Shown: one piece after another, positions 36,073 through 48,900 of the stretch
How the letters are laid out: every line of letters starts with the position of its first letter
How positions within the stretch are numbered: the stretch's first letter is position 1
Position numbers and translations under genes: made by a program
The notes under the pieces: generated by a model
The model's input: only the letters and a program-made list of their open reading frames with translations
The model's database searches: none
Told to the model about the DNA's origin: nothing
Origin: Anthoceros angustus
Lineage: Eukaryota > Plantae > Anthocerotophyta
DNA: 64,000 nucleotides
Reading direction: 5' to 3'
Assembly (NCBI GenBank): GCA_010909165.1
Contig: VJWM01000025.1
Location: 496,001-560,000, forward strand

Positions 36073-38127
36073 CCTATCTTTTCTAAGACTTGTCTAACTA
36101 TACTCTCTATCTATTGGTGAGACCGTCTACCTTTGCCCACGAGCTCTGCGTACATTAGCCTGGTGGAGAGTCAACCACAGCGCTTGGTAAGCCAGGGCAT
36201 ATGCTCAAAGCCAAGGGCATATGCTCAAAGCCAAAAGGTACGAGAAGCACTTGTTGTGGCACTGGTTTCTGCACAGGCCTGATACGGATTGGCTGATGTT
36301 TCCTAGCTCATCCAGACTGCTTTGACTCGTGTCTCATTCTCACAAAATCATAATACCACGGGTGATGCAGGATGAACCCCTCCGGGAGTTGGGGAGGGTA
36401 CGTACATTGCTTCACGTCCCAAGCCTCAGCAACGAGTCCCACCGGGAGTGCCAAGCTGTTGGATGTCGGGTAGGACTTGTAGGCCAGCCTGCTCTCAGGC
36501 TGCCTAGCAGAAGTTATCGTTGTGGACCTAGCATTCGCGATGACACTGCAGCTAGGACCTACGCTCTTCCTCAAGATTGCTGGGACGACTTGAAACTCTA
36601 CACTCCTGCACTCAAGATGACATGTAGGAGTGGTCAAATACTGTAAATGACGGATGGAATGTTGATAGATAGGGCAAGGAAAGGAGGGCCTGTGCCCCGC
36701 TGCTTGACCTTCAGCAAGTGTGATCTGCAGGCTGGTGGTGAAGACAAATACACAAAAACCGACGTTAGCACAACTAAAACGAGGATTCCACAGCTGCAAC
36801 GCATACTCAGTGCAACACTCAAACACAGGATGCCTTGCCTCGCAGGACTGACAAGAAGAGAGACAGGCCAGCAATTGCCTTCTGCTTTAGTCATGGCCAA
36901 ACGGCCTACATATTTATTTGGTGGCCTTGCTACCAAGATCCAAGCCTACAGCTAGGCTGGTAATCGCAACCTCCACACAAAGTTGGACTGACCCCTATCG
37001 CTTCCGACTCTCATGGCCAACCCCTATGTTTGGAGAGGGTTTCAGGTTGGGTGGGCAGGCAGGGCGTGAGTAGCTTCACGCGGTTGCTCCTACAGTTACG
37101 ATGAATTATTTCAGTTGATACATGGTGCTCACCCTGCTAGGGGATCTTTGTCTTTTGGAGACAGTGACGGTTCATGCAAGCAGAGAGGGTTTGAAGACAT
37201 CTGATCTCCCGCATAAACTTAAGACTTGTCTTGGTCAATACTTGAGTCAGCACTTGGGAGAAGATTTCATGCATTTGGATGGCCAGGAGCCTTTCAAAGA
37301 CTCACAGGAGTCCGCTTGTGCAGTCCTGCATTTGATCAGCGGTGCCCTGAATCGGATATCAGCTGCAATTGCATCTCGGCAGTCTTTCAGCTCTGGCTTC
37401 AATGTCTGAAAGTGGATTCTGTTGTAGGACAAGAATGTAATGTGGGCATGTGGGAAGAATCCAAATCAGTTCAAGGAAACAATCCAGTGCACTTTGAATG
37501 TCGCCGCCAAATCATGTCCCTCTCCCGATATCCGTTTACTCAGATTTGAATCTCCCACTACATTTTGCACCGGCAGCAAGAACAATACGGTGGCTCCCGA
37601 TTTGCGGTTGTGAGAGCTGATGAGCAGTTTGTTTGCGCCCATCAGCCAGTCGCTGTTTATGTATGGAGATCATCGGACTGCGATGGCTGCTCACCCATAT
37701 CAACCACAGTCCACACCGAAACTACGGAAGCGACGCCATTGGCATCAGTGTTCCCTAAGGCATCTACTCTGAAGATTTTCATGAAGCTGAAGCACGGATG
37801 AAATCATAGCACTTCAAAACCAGGACAATGTGGCATATGTGGCTTGAACATACCCTCTTCCGCCATGGAATTTCGTTCGAATTGTGAGTCAATCTTTGAC
37901 GCCTTATGTTTTTATTGGGATTTACATTCGTAATCATGCGCTTGAAGCATGTTACAAATGTAGTTCGGTAGTTAGCATTAGAATGCTTAGAACAGCTTAC
38001 CACTCTGCTATTTAAGAACCCGATGTTACCTTACTTGATAATCAATGACAACTGCTCTTCAGTAGATTCTGCTCTCTTGCCATCTCCTGATCCATGATAG
38101 CGTAATGCGCTATCGCTAATAGCATTA

Positions 38128-41100
38128 TGGTATCGAGCCGGATCGATTTTTGGATGTTGATCGCAGGAACGCGGTGCGGACAAGTGAGTGGCATCATTCG
38201 CGAGGAAAATGACGAAGAGAAAAGGCGTGGTCTCATCCCAAGACGCAACGCCAAGCCAATTCCCCGCCGCCCTCTTGTGCCCATTGTCGTCAAGAGCGAT
38301 TGAGCGCCCACATCATGCCCTAACAAGATTGAGAGAGTCCACTCCTTGCTCAACGATATGACCTCGAGCTCCTGTGAGTAATTGTTGAGCGGCAAGAAGA
38401 TTTCTCAAGGATCAAGGCTGCCAAGATTGACACAAGCAAACCCCAAGAAGACGATTTCAAGCCTGTCAACTCATTGAACTCCAAAGAACGCCAAAATGCT
38501 CACCGACTTGATCAAGAAAATGTCTGAAGCCTCCATTCTTGACATCATCTGCCGCAACTTCATCCGTAAAGACTCTTCAATCCACGGTGCTTCCGGAAGC
38601 TCTTCTCATTAAGAGCAGACATTACTCAAGCTTATGCAAGATGTCTCGGACTCAGATTCAGAGGATGAAGTGTATGATCTTTCCTTTCTGTTTGAGCCTG
38701 TAGAGTACTCTGAGTGGGATTTTTCTCCAGCAGCCCTCTTGTATAGAACTAGTCAGTTTTTCTTCAACCGTCCTGCAGCCATGGCAAATCCAGCACCTTT
38801 AGCTCCTCTTAAAATAGAATTCAGAGATAAAGATAGGTTCAATGGTGTTGACTACAACATCCGGGCATTAAGACCGACCCAGATCCTAGAAGAGCATGAG
38901 CTTATGCATTGCGATGGGTCGACCCAAAGGTAAAAGCTCCCGCTAGAAGTGCCGATCAACTTGAGTGGGAACGCAAAGATAGACGCACTAGGTCTATTCT
39001 TATTTCTGCCCTGGATAGAAACATGATCCCTCACACCATAGGAGCTGTCAATGCTGCTGATGTGTGGAAGGTGTTTAAGCAGATCTACCAAGATAAGAGC
39101 TCAGCATCCCTAGTACACGCGTGTAGGGATTTTTTCAACTTGAGGATGAAGGACGAGGAGCCTATCGAAGCTTACATCAACAAGTTTCGGACTTGTAGAG
39201 CCAATTTGGCCTACTGTGGAAACACCCTCACCGAGGTACAAGCTGCTGTCAGCTTGCTAGCCTCGCTCCTAGAAAGCTATCAAAATTTTGTTGGAAGCCA
39301 GAATGCAACCATTCGTGCGGCAGTCCAAGCAGCGGGTGCAGGCCAGATACCCGACATTACTCTCGAAGAAGTTTTGGGTGCACTCCTCTCTGAAGAGCGT
39401 GCACATGGTCTTCACAAGACACGTGGAGCCACTACAAGCAACACGAAGGTGTTATTTTCTTCAAGAGGCGGGCGGCTTTCGTGGATGAGGCAGGTCGAGG
39501 TTTTCATTCTCGGGACAGCAAGGTTCCCCAACACTCAAGAAGTCTCTTACATGTAATCGGTGTAAGATACCGGGCACTTTGAGAAAGACTGCAGAAAAAG
39601 AGAGTCGGAGAGCCTCAGGGATTCTCCCCACAAAAGCAACCTATCTGTCAAAGCTAAGCAGCCCACCATTTTAGCGGTTTGTCTTTCATCCGTTTCAAAC
39701 CTCTTTTGATACCGGTTCCTAGATTCGGGGCAACCACCACATCTGCTTTGATAGAAAGTCTTTCAGTCACTTCACTCCAGCAGCAGATGACAAGCAATTT
39801 GTGCTTTTGGGAGACGACAGCGGTCTTTCCATTAAGGGTTCAGGTACAGTTACTATAGAGTTACCAACCCTTGGCAGCCTCACATTATATGGCGTATTGT
39901 TTGTGCCAGCCATGACAAAAAACCTCATGTCAGTAATGAAGCTAGCTCAAGAACACCATTGCCGAGTGTGCTTCGACACTAGAGGTTGTATCATTTCTTC
40001 TATGAGGATTGGTAAAAATCTGTTCACTGGGACTCCCTACAATGAGCTGTATTTATTGGATGTTAGATCCACTTTAGCCCTTAGTGTGTCCCAACAACCG
40101 ATTTTGCCACCCACTTTTGTAGGCTTGGTCATGTGAATTTCCAACGTCTTCACCGAACAAAGGCGAGAGCTTTCGTGAACCCCTTGATTTTCATTTTGAG
40201 GATCCACCTTTTGTGAAGCTTGCAAGCTTAGTAAAGCTGTCTCGTTACCTTTTAAGGACCCGTTTCCTCACGAGGCTACAGGCTCTACCATTCACGTGAT
40301 ATTTGCGGACCCATGTCAACAACTTCATTTGGCGGTGCCTCTTACTTCCTAACTTTCATAGATGAGTGGAGCAGATTTTGTATGTTTCCTCTTCGCCACA
40401 AGAGTGAGACCACAGATTTTCAACAATATGTCACTTATGCACAAAGACAAGCTGGAGCTCGAGTTCGCACTTGGCAGGACAATGGAGGCGAGTATACCAG
40501 TAAAGCTTTTGCTTCATTTTGTGCTACTGAGGGCATCCAGCATCAATTCACTGTTCTACACCCCATAACTCTTTCTCGAGCGTAAGAACAGGACTTTCTG
40601 AGAAGCCACTCGGCCTCCTTAAATTTTCTTTGGATTGACACGAGGGTATTGGTGAGGCCCTTATGGCGTAATTATGTGCAAAACTCGCCTTCCAAGGAGC
40701 TTGGTCAAGTGACTCCATATGAAAGATGGATGGCAACAAACCTCGAGTGAAGCATCTTGAATCTTTGGATCTCCGCATATGCGCTTGTGCCATCACCTTG
40801 AGGACCAAGCTCGACTCCAAAGCAACTCGACATATTTTTGTGGGCTATTCAAGATGTAAAAGGGTACAAACTTTTGATCCCTCTACCCGGCAACTCACCA
40901 TAGCTCATGATGTTGTTTTCAATGAATCATGTATTCTGCGCCATGCTGCCAATTTGCTTCCCACTTCTCGGAGATCCTCCTTCAATCTATGGTGTTCCTT
41001 CTCACTCATGACACTTCAACTGCTCTCTTTTGAGAATGATCCTCCTATGGGATCACAGGGGGGATGCTTACCCACTGCTGTTGCTGCTCCTTTACCAGTG

Positions 41101-41262
41101 GTTGTTGATGCTTTACCTACTGCTGCTGATCCACTTGATGTTGATGCAGCCGTCCATCAAGAGCAGCTTGAGCCTCTTAGAGGGGTCTTAAGAAGTAGAG
41201 ACACACTCCTCTTTTTAGAGACAGATGTCCATTTGGTCACATTCGACCTACAAATTGGCAAC
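38128..41262 (+). mobile_element. Ty1/copia element 1, 3'-truncated before RT (PBS-gag-PR-IN)
   Basis: PBS-like tggtatcgagc at 38128. Gag IEFRDKDRFNGVDY... Zinc knuckle CNRCKIPGHFEKDC at ~39552. Protease FLDSG. IN GPMSTTSFGGASYFLTFIDEWSR...DNGGEY...KLDSKA...FVGYS...HDVVFNE. Confidence 0.88.
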
Positions 41263-42745
41263 CAATCTCTGGATTTGGTGCTTTTCAAAAAACCAAGGGC
41301 AAAACCCACACTATTTCCATTTCCCGTAGTTGTCAAAAGCATCTTTTCTACCTTTTTGATGTCTTTTAACCCCGTTAAGAAAGGTCCATGGTTGGATCAA
41401 GTTGGAAAATACCCAGTTTAAGGCTTTTTAAGGGCATTTTCAAAAACCGTTTGTCGTTTTGAATCTGGACATTTATGACAATTTGAACCAATGTGCTAAG
41501 TTGAAAGCGCAACACCTCAATATGCTAACACGGTTTTTGTACACATTGGTCCAAGTATGCTCGACATCCCGCCTTACCGATCGCATGAGTTGTGGCACCA
41601 TAAAAACAAGAAGGATATGTGTCTTCATGTCAACTACCCGATACACAAACATGCATGCACACATCGATTTGGTACTAAAGTGGGAGACTAGAGGTATAAG
41701 ACACCAAGATCCCATTGGGCCATATGCCCAACTATATGTCCGCGTTCCAAACTATACAAAAATGCTCACATATATTAAAAGAAAAGTGCCATGGCACCAT
41801 ATAACCGACGGATACCGTCACTTTTGAATTTAGTCAAGTGACCCATACTCATAAGCGAATAGCCTAGGGTGTCGGACCTAGGTTGGATCTGCGATCTAAG
41901 GCCGAAGACAAGCTTTTCTTTTAAGCTGCCAAAGGCACCGGACATCCGGTGACCTTTGCACCACATTGTCCAGACAAAGCCAACAATTTACGCCCACTAC
42001 TGTTATGATCAAGTTTGAAGTCTACGGCCGGTGCTCTAGCACTCCACCCACACCAAAACAAGCTGCCTATCCTAGCCAGGGCTCCCAAAAAAAGGAGGGA
42101 CCTCATCACTGGCCTGCTGCCCTCCACTGTATAGCAACCTCCCCGCATATATGTTGGCACCTACATACATGAAGAGCAGCAGTCAGTCATTGGCTCACAG
42201 CAAGACCTTACTACCCATGCGGCCAGACCCGGCCCGGCTGATAACATCAGCGGATCGGCCCATGACACCAAAACCAGCAATCACCGATTACCGGCAAGCG
42301 GATGCATGAATTGAAACACCTTACTACCAAAGCCTTCACCTCGGCCGGCTCTTCCGCTTGAACCCTCTCATGCCTTGGCGGTGTTTCCTACCGCCATTAC
42401 AAGCGCCCCTCCCTCAGCGCCTTCTTGCTGCCCACCGCGCCTCTTACGCCTCTAGCTCCTCCTTCGTCAACTCCATTATTCGGGCTTTACGGCCATATAT
42501 GGTCTCGAACCTCCATGACTCCATCTCTGCCTTCACCTCCTTCCCACCAACGTGAGATCATGGCGGATGTCACGGGCCTCACACCCCTCTCTCTCCTCGG
42601 TTAGAGTCCTCACCTCCTGGGCTCCCTCAAAGAAACCCTTATCCCCACCTCCCCACCCATGCGAGGCTTTGGGAGTGGCAAACGGATGCCACTCGAATAA
42701 GGGTTGGCCACCAATTGGCGATGATGCCTCCGGAGGGACGCCCAC

Positions 42746-42996
42746 TATTGAAGATAGAGTGTTGAGTTATTACTTATAGTTATTATATCTAGCTATCTAG
42801 TGTATGTGTGTATATAGCTTGAATTTATTTAGCTTACCCTTTCATTAGGGTTACGTCCCTAGGCCAAAGGTCATGTCTCTTGGCTACTAGAATAAGTCTA
42901 GTTGCTACAATCAATTTACTAATGCTTTCTTGTATTTTCTACAATAATGTAATTGATAAATACTCAATTGGTTTGCACCATTTCCATATTTCGTAA
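42746..42996 (+). repeat. 5' LTR of copia 2 (251 bp)
   Basis: Identical to 51480-51730 and followed directly by the iMet PBS. Confidence 0.95.
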
Positions 42997-45900
42997 TGGT
43001 ATCAGAGCAATGCTAGGTGCAGATTGCATTCACAAGAATGCACATTAAATTGTGCACATGTTGATGTGCATAAAATGTTCTTTGTGTTTGTTTCTTGATT
43101 AGAAATTAGTTTCTAATAAGAAATCAAGAAAATGTTTGAGAAACCTTTTGTAGCTATTTTTGCTTGATTTGTTAATAGAAATTTTGCATTTCTAGGAGCC
43201 CGTTCTAGCGCATCTACTGCCAGATTGTTGCAAAGCAATCTGTCATCAGACACGCTAGAACGACTGCCAGAAGTGGCAAATATCTTTATAAAATCATATA
43301 AAAATTACAATATGTTTCTTGGAATTTTCCAAAACACAAGAATTCTGGCCAAATGAATGGCCGATCCTCAGGACGGGCAGATGCGGCCTGGATGGCGCCA
43401 TCGCCAAATACAACATGGTGCGCAAGAGAACGCGTGAGAAGAACTCACGATCTTCACCATCGCCGCCTCCGAGGACTCCACACAATCTCCCAAATGTGCA
43501 ACCTGCCATTGTTGGTAACGGCAATCCTCGGGGTTTCCTAACCACAAACGTAGCACCACATACCAGCATCACACATTTAAGTTCTAGACTAGAATCACAA
43601 CAGCGACATGTAGATGACGCTTTGAAAACATAAAAGCTTGTCTGGATCGAGGATCAATCACTTGGATTTCAAATTGCTTGCTTTGTTGAGGCTGCTCTTC
43701 TTGCTAACCCCGCAATCGGAGGGACTTGTAAGCATGCTACAAAACTAACAAGCATCACAAATTTGAGAATCCAAACTCGTGTCCATCTGCATGACCTATT
43801 CCTTTAATCGGGAGATTAGGAAACACAACATTAGGGAAAAGGTAGATAGGAGTTGGTCAATTTGCAGTGACCAACGATCGAACCCATCTTACCTCAGAAA
43901 CTGCATTTGCAGCCCATCCTGATGCACGTAGCATCATAACTCTTCTCGAATCCTCACACTGTTAGCTTCACAGTCACACAGTGCATTAGAAATTCATCCA
44001 TAAAATCCTCCGTGAGGGGGACTAACGACAGTCCTAAACATGGGTGACTCTAATTTAGCTGGGGAGGGATTCAAAGAGAAGGATAGATTCGCGGGGGCAG
44101 ATTATGACATCTGGGTACTTAGAATGCGTGGTGCCCTTCAAAACAAGCAGTTGTGGCCTTGGGTTCATGGGACGTCAAAGTCTCAGAATCTGGCACCCTC
44201 ACCGATCAAGGCACTTGATACTTGGACCATAAAGGACGAAGCTGCTCAGTTCCTCCTACGGAGTGGTCTGTCGATCGACATGTTGAGACCTCTGGTAAAA
44301 CCTCACCGATATTTGGACGCTGCTCCAAAGTCTATTTGTGAACTGGCGACACAAGTCAAATGACGACGCAACATACAAAACTTGAAGATGAAAGAAGGAG
44401 AATCCATTGAAAACACGACTACCTTGGATCCCTAGTCTCCAAGTTTGAAAGTGCCGCATGTGATAGTGTGAAGGACCGGGCTCTCATTCTTCGCATTTCA
44501 TGATGTCACTCCACGAATCTTGGGCACATTTGTGACCTCATTCAACACCTCGCAACTACAAGGGCGGAAGATTGCCCAGTGCGCAGTGTTGATCTCCCAA
44601 AACAACATTTGCAGAATTAGTGGGAGCTCTTCTTCAGGAAGAAGTCACAAGAGGACAATTCAAACGTCCTGGTAAACAGCAAGCTTTGTACACTAACAAC
44701 AAAGGAAAGGGCAAGAAGCCCAACTTCAGAGGTAGACAAAATACCTCAGGTGCTAGTAGCTCGCAAGGAGTCTCTACACCAAAGAAGCCCAAGAAGGCTG
44801 GAAAGTGCCACTGGTGCCAAATTCCAGGCCATTGGGAGTCTGAGTGTCGAAAGAAGCAGTCCGGAGTACCTCGCAAGGAGGGCAACTCCACTTCTCAGAC
44901 ACATGTTGTGGTGACTAAACAAGGCTCAGCTGCAGCCCTCACTGTAGGGACCAGGGAGTTTTCCTACCCTCTTGCTAACCCCACATGCTTGTCTGCAAAT
45001 ACTCAAGGCAAACCCATACAGGAGTGGTTCCTTGATACAGTGCAACAAGACATGCTGTGTTCATTCATTCACATAGTTAGTTCACAATGATTTGTTTACC
45101 TAGGTGACGATAGTAGGCTTGTGCTCGGTGTTGGCACACAAGCTACCCGTCCTTCGTGCATCACACTCTTGCTTACGATGTGTATCATGTGCAAAATGAC
45201 AAGAAACTTGATTGCTTAGAAGGTTGAACATGGATAATCATAGTCACATCCTCTTCACTCCGACAGAATGTAGGATTATAGATGCTTTTGATCATCGTAA
45301 AATCCTAGCCTATGGATCATCAGACCATGATCTGTTTAGATTGCACACTCACATCAGTCACGCCAACGCCAGCCTAGCTTCAAAGTCGCCTGAGACAGCT
45401 GCAAAGCAGGAAGAACAGGCTAGGTTATGGCATGTACGCTTAGGTCACCCTCACAGCGCAAAGTTGCAAAAACTAGCTAGTGACTGCATCTGATGGTAAA
45501 ATTGGCGCCATCCATCCTTACCTCTGTGAGCTGTCAAACGTCGTAAAAGCAAGCTTTGTACACTAACAACAAAGGAAAGGGCAAGAAGCCCAACTCGTGA
45601 GGTAGACAAAATACCTCGGTGCTAGTAGCTCGCAAGGAGTCTCTACACCAAAGCCAAGAAGGCTGGAAAGTGCCACGTGCCAAATTCCGTGCCATTGGGA
45701 GTCCGAGTGTCGAAGAAGCCCGAGTACCTCGCAAGGAGGGCAACTCCACTTCTCGACACATGTTGTGGTGACTAAACCTCTACCACCGTAGGGACCAGGA
45801 GTTTTCCTACCCTCTTGCTAACCCCACATGCTTGTCTCGCAAATACAAGGCAAACCCACAGGAGTGGTTCCTTGATACAGTGCAACAAGACATCCTGCAG

Positions 45901-48900
45901 TTCATTCGTCACATAGTTAGTTCACAATGATTTGTTTACCTAGGTGACGATAGTAGGCTTGCGTTCGGTGTTGGCACCGCTGTTACTACCGTCCCTTCGT
46001 GCATCACACTCTTGCTTACGATGTGTATCATGTGCGAAATGACAAGAAACTTGATTGCTTAGAAGGTTGAACATGGATAATCAAAGTCACATCCTCTTCA
46101 CTCCGGCTGAATGTAGGATTATAGATGCTTTTGATCATCGCAAAATCCTAGCCTATGGATCATCCGACCATGATCTCTTTAGACGCACACTCACACCGTC
46201 ATGCCAAGGCTAGCCTAGCTTCAAGGTCGCTCGAGACAGCGCAAAGCAAGAAGAACAAGCTAGGTTATGGCATGCACGCTTAGGTCACCCTCACGAAAGT
46301 TGCAAAAACTAGTCGCTAGTGACTGTGATGATGGTAAAATTGGCGCCATCCTTACCTCTGTGAAGCCTGTGTCTGTCCAAACGTCATCAAGCAGCCTTCA
46401 AGAACAAGACTCCTCACAGAGCTTCAAGTGCTTGAACTTGTGCACATCGACATATGTGGGCCACTGCACCCCTCAATCGGTGGTGGCCGATACTTCCTTC
46501 ATATCTGAACAAGACGAGATTTGTCATGGCTTACATCTTGAAAGCTAAAAGTGAATGTTTCTCTGCTCAAAGACTACATGAAACTTGAAGATGAAAGAAG
46601 GAGAATCCATTGAAAACACGACTACCTTGGATCCCTAGTCTCCAAGTTTGAAAGTGCCGCAGATAGTGTGAAGGACCGGGCTCTCATTCTTCCATTTCAT
46701 GATGTCACTCCACGAATCTTGGGCACATTTCGTGACCTCATTCAACACCTCGCAACTACAAGGGCGGAAGATTGCCCAGTGCAGTGTTGATCTCCCAAAA
46801 CAACATTTGCGAATTAGTGGGAGCTCTTCTTCGTGAAGAAGTCACAAGAGGACAATTCAAACGCCCTGCAAAGAAGCTTTGTACACTAACAACAAAGGAA
46901 AGGGCAAGAAGCCCAACTCGAGGTAGACAAAATACCTCGGTGCTAGTAGCTCGCAAGGAGTCTCTACACCAAAGAAGCCCAAGAAGGCTGGAAAGTGCCA
47001 CGTGCCAAATTCCGTGCCATTGGGAGTCCGAGTGTCGAAGAAGCCCCGAGTACCTCGCAAGGAGGGCAACTCCACTTCTCGGACACATGTTGTGGTGACT
47101 AAACAAGGGCCGCACCCCTCACGTAGGGACCGGAGTTTTCCTCTTGCTAACCCCACATGCTTGTCTCGCAAATACAAGGCAAACCCATACAGAGTGGTTC
47201 CTTGATACAGTGCAACAAGACATCTGCTTTTGAAGTTCATTCATACAAAGGTTAGTTCACAATGATTTGTTTACCTAGGTGACGATAGTAGGCTTGCGTG
47301 CCTCGGTGTTGGCACTTGCTACCGTCCCTTCGTGCATCACACTCTTGCTGTGTATCATGTGCGAAATGACAAGAAACTTGATTGCTTAGAAGGTTGAACA
47401 TGGATAATCAAAGTCACATCCTCTTCACTCCGAGAATGTAGGATTATAGATGCTTTTGATCATCGCAAAATCCTAGCCTATGGATCATCGACCATGATCT
47501 CTTTAGAGCACTCACACCGGTCATGCCAAGGCTAGCCTAGCTTCAAGGTCGCTCGAGACAGAAAGCAAGAAGAACAAGCTAGGTTATGGCATGCACGCTT
47601 AGGTCACCCTCACAAAGCAAAGTTGCAAAAACTAGTCGCTAGTGACTGCTGATGGTAAAATTGGCGCCATCCATCCTTACTGTGAAGCCTGTGCTGTCCA
47701 AGCGTCATCAAGCAGCCTTCAAGAACAAGACTCCTCACGAGCTTCAAGTGCTTGAACTTGTGCACATCGACATATGTGGGCCACTGCACCCCTCAATCGG
47801 TGGTGGCCGATACTTCCTTACATTCTGCTGACGACAAGACGAGATTTGTCATGGCTTACATCTTGAAAGCTAAAAGTGAATGTTTCTCTGCTCAAAGACT
47901 ACATGAAACTTGGAGAGATGGACGGAAAATCGAAAGTCCTACGCTCGAGACAATGGTGGAGAATTCACATCTAATGAATTCCGGACCCACCGAAGGACGA
48001 AGGGATAGGCACAACTTACAGCTTGTGTATACGCCGCAATGTAATGGCGCCGAGCTTGAACTTGACACGCAGGAGATGGTCTCCTCTATGCTTCACCAAG
48101 CCTCTTTGCCACTATCCCATCTGAAGCCCTATACCGTGTGTATTTACGTAATGCCGCCACAATCGCCGTGATTGGACAGACCCCCTTTGAAGCTTTCTAT
48201 GGGCGAAAGCCAGCTATCCAACATCTTCGCACTTTCGGATGCATCGCTTTTGCCTTCATCCCTAAGGCCAAGCGAACCAAGTTAGCTGCTAAGGCCAAGA
48301 AGTACCTCATGATAGGATACACTGAAGGTATAAAAGCTTATAAGCTGTATGACGTACCTCAGAACAAGGTGGTCTATGCACGGAGCGTGACCTTTGATGA
48401 AGGTCGAACTTGGCGCAAGTGGGAGCTACTCCCACGGAGGACTTTGATCTTTCTACCTTGCCCGACGCCATCGCTGATGATTACGCTCTTGCGGAGATTG
48501 CTCGCAGGGGAAGAACAACAAAAATGATGCTCGAGCAAGGAGATGAACGAAAATTTTGTTGAACATTTGCGAAGAACCTCCTCCAGCTGTAACTGAACCA
48601 CCTGACCTTTTACGATCCACGGACCCGATCCACATTGACGAGGATGAGGTCAAGATGCTCATCTTCGACAAGGATGCGAGGTTGAACTCGAGATTCAACC
48701 CTTGCCTCAAGCTCCACCACAACCGAGCGCCGTTATCCCGCAAGAGATAGACGGGCACCGATTATTATCACCACAGGACTTTAGAAAACCAACAGCTAAT
48801 GCACCCACTGGATCCTATCGAACCTCAATCCTACGAAGAAGCTCTTAGTCACCGATCAGAGTGGAAAAGGCAATTCAATTAGAATATGATTCACGATCAA

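Noticed and set aside
42967-42979. attggtttgcacc shared between the copia 2 LTR and the PHD-gypsy LTR
   Set aside because: A 13-bp match with no flanking similarity; cannot be distinguished from chance.
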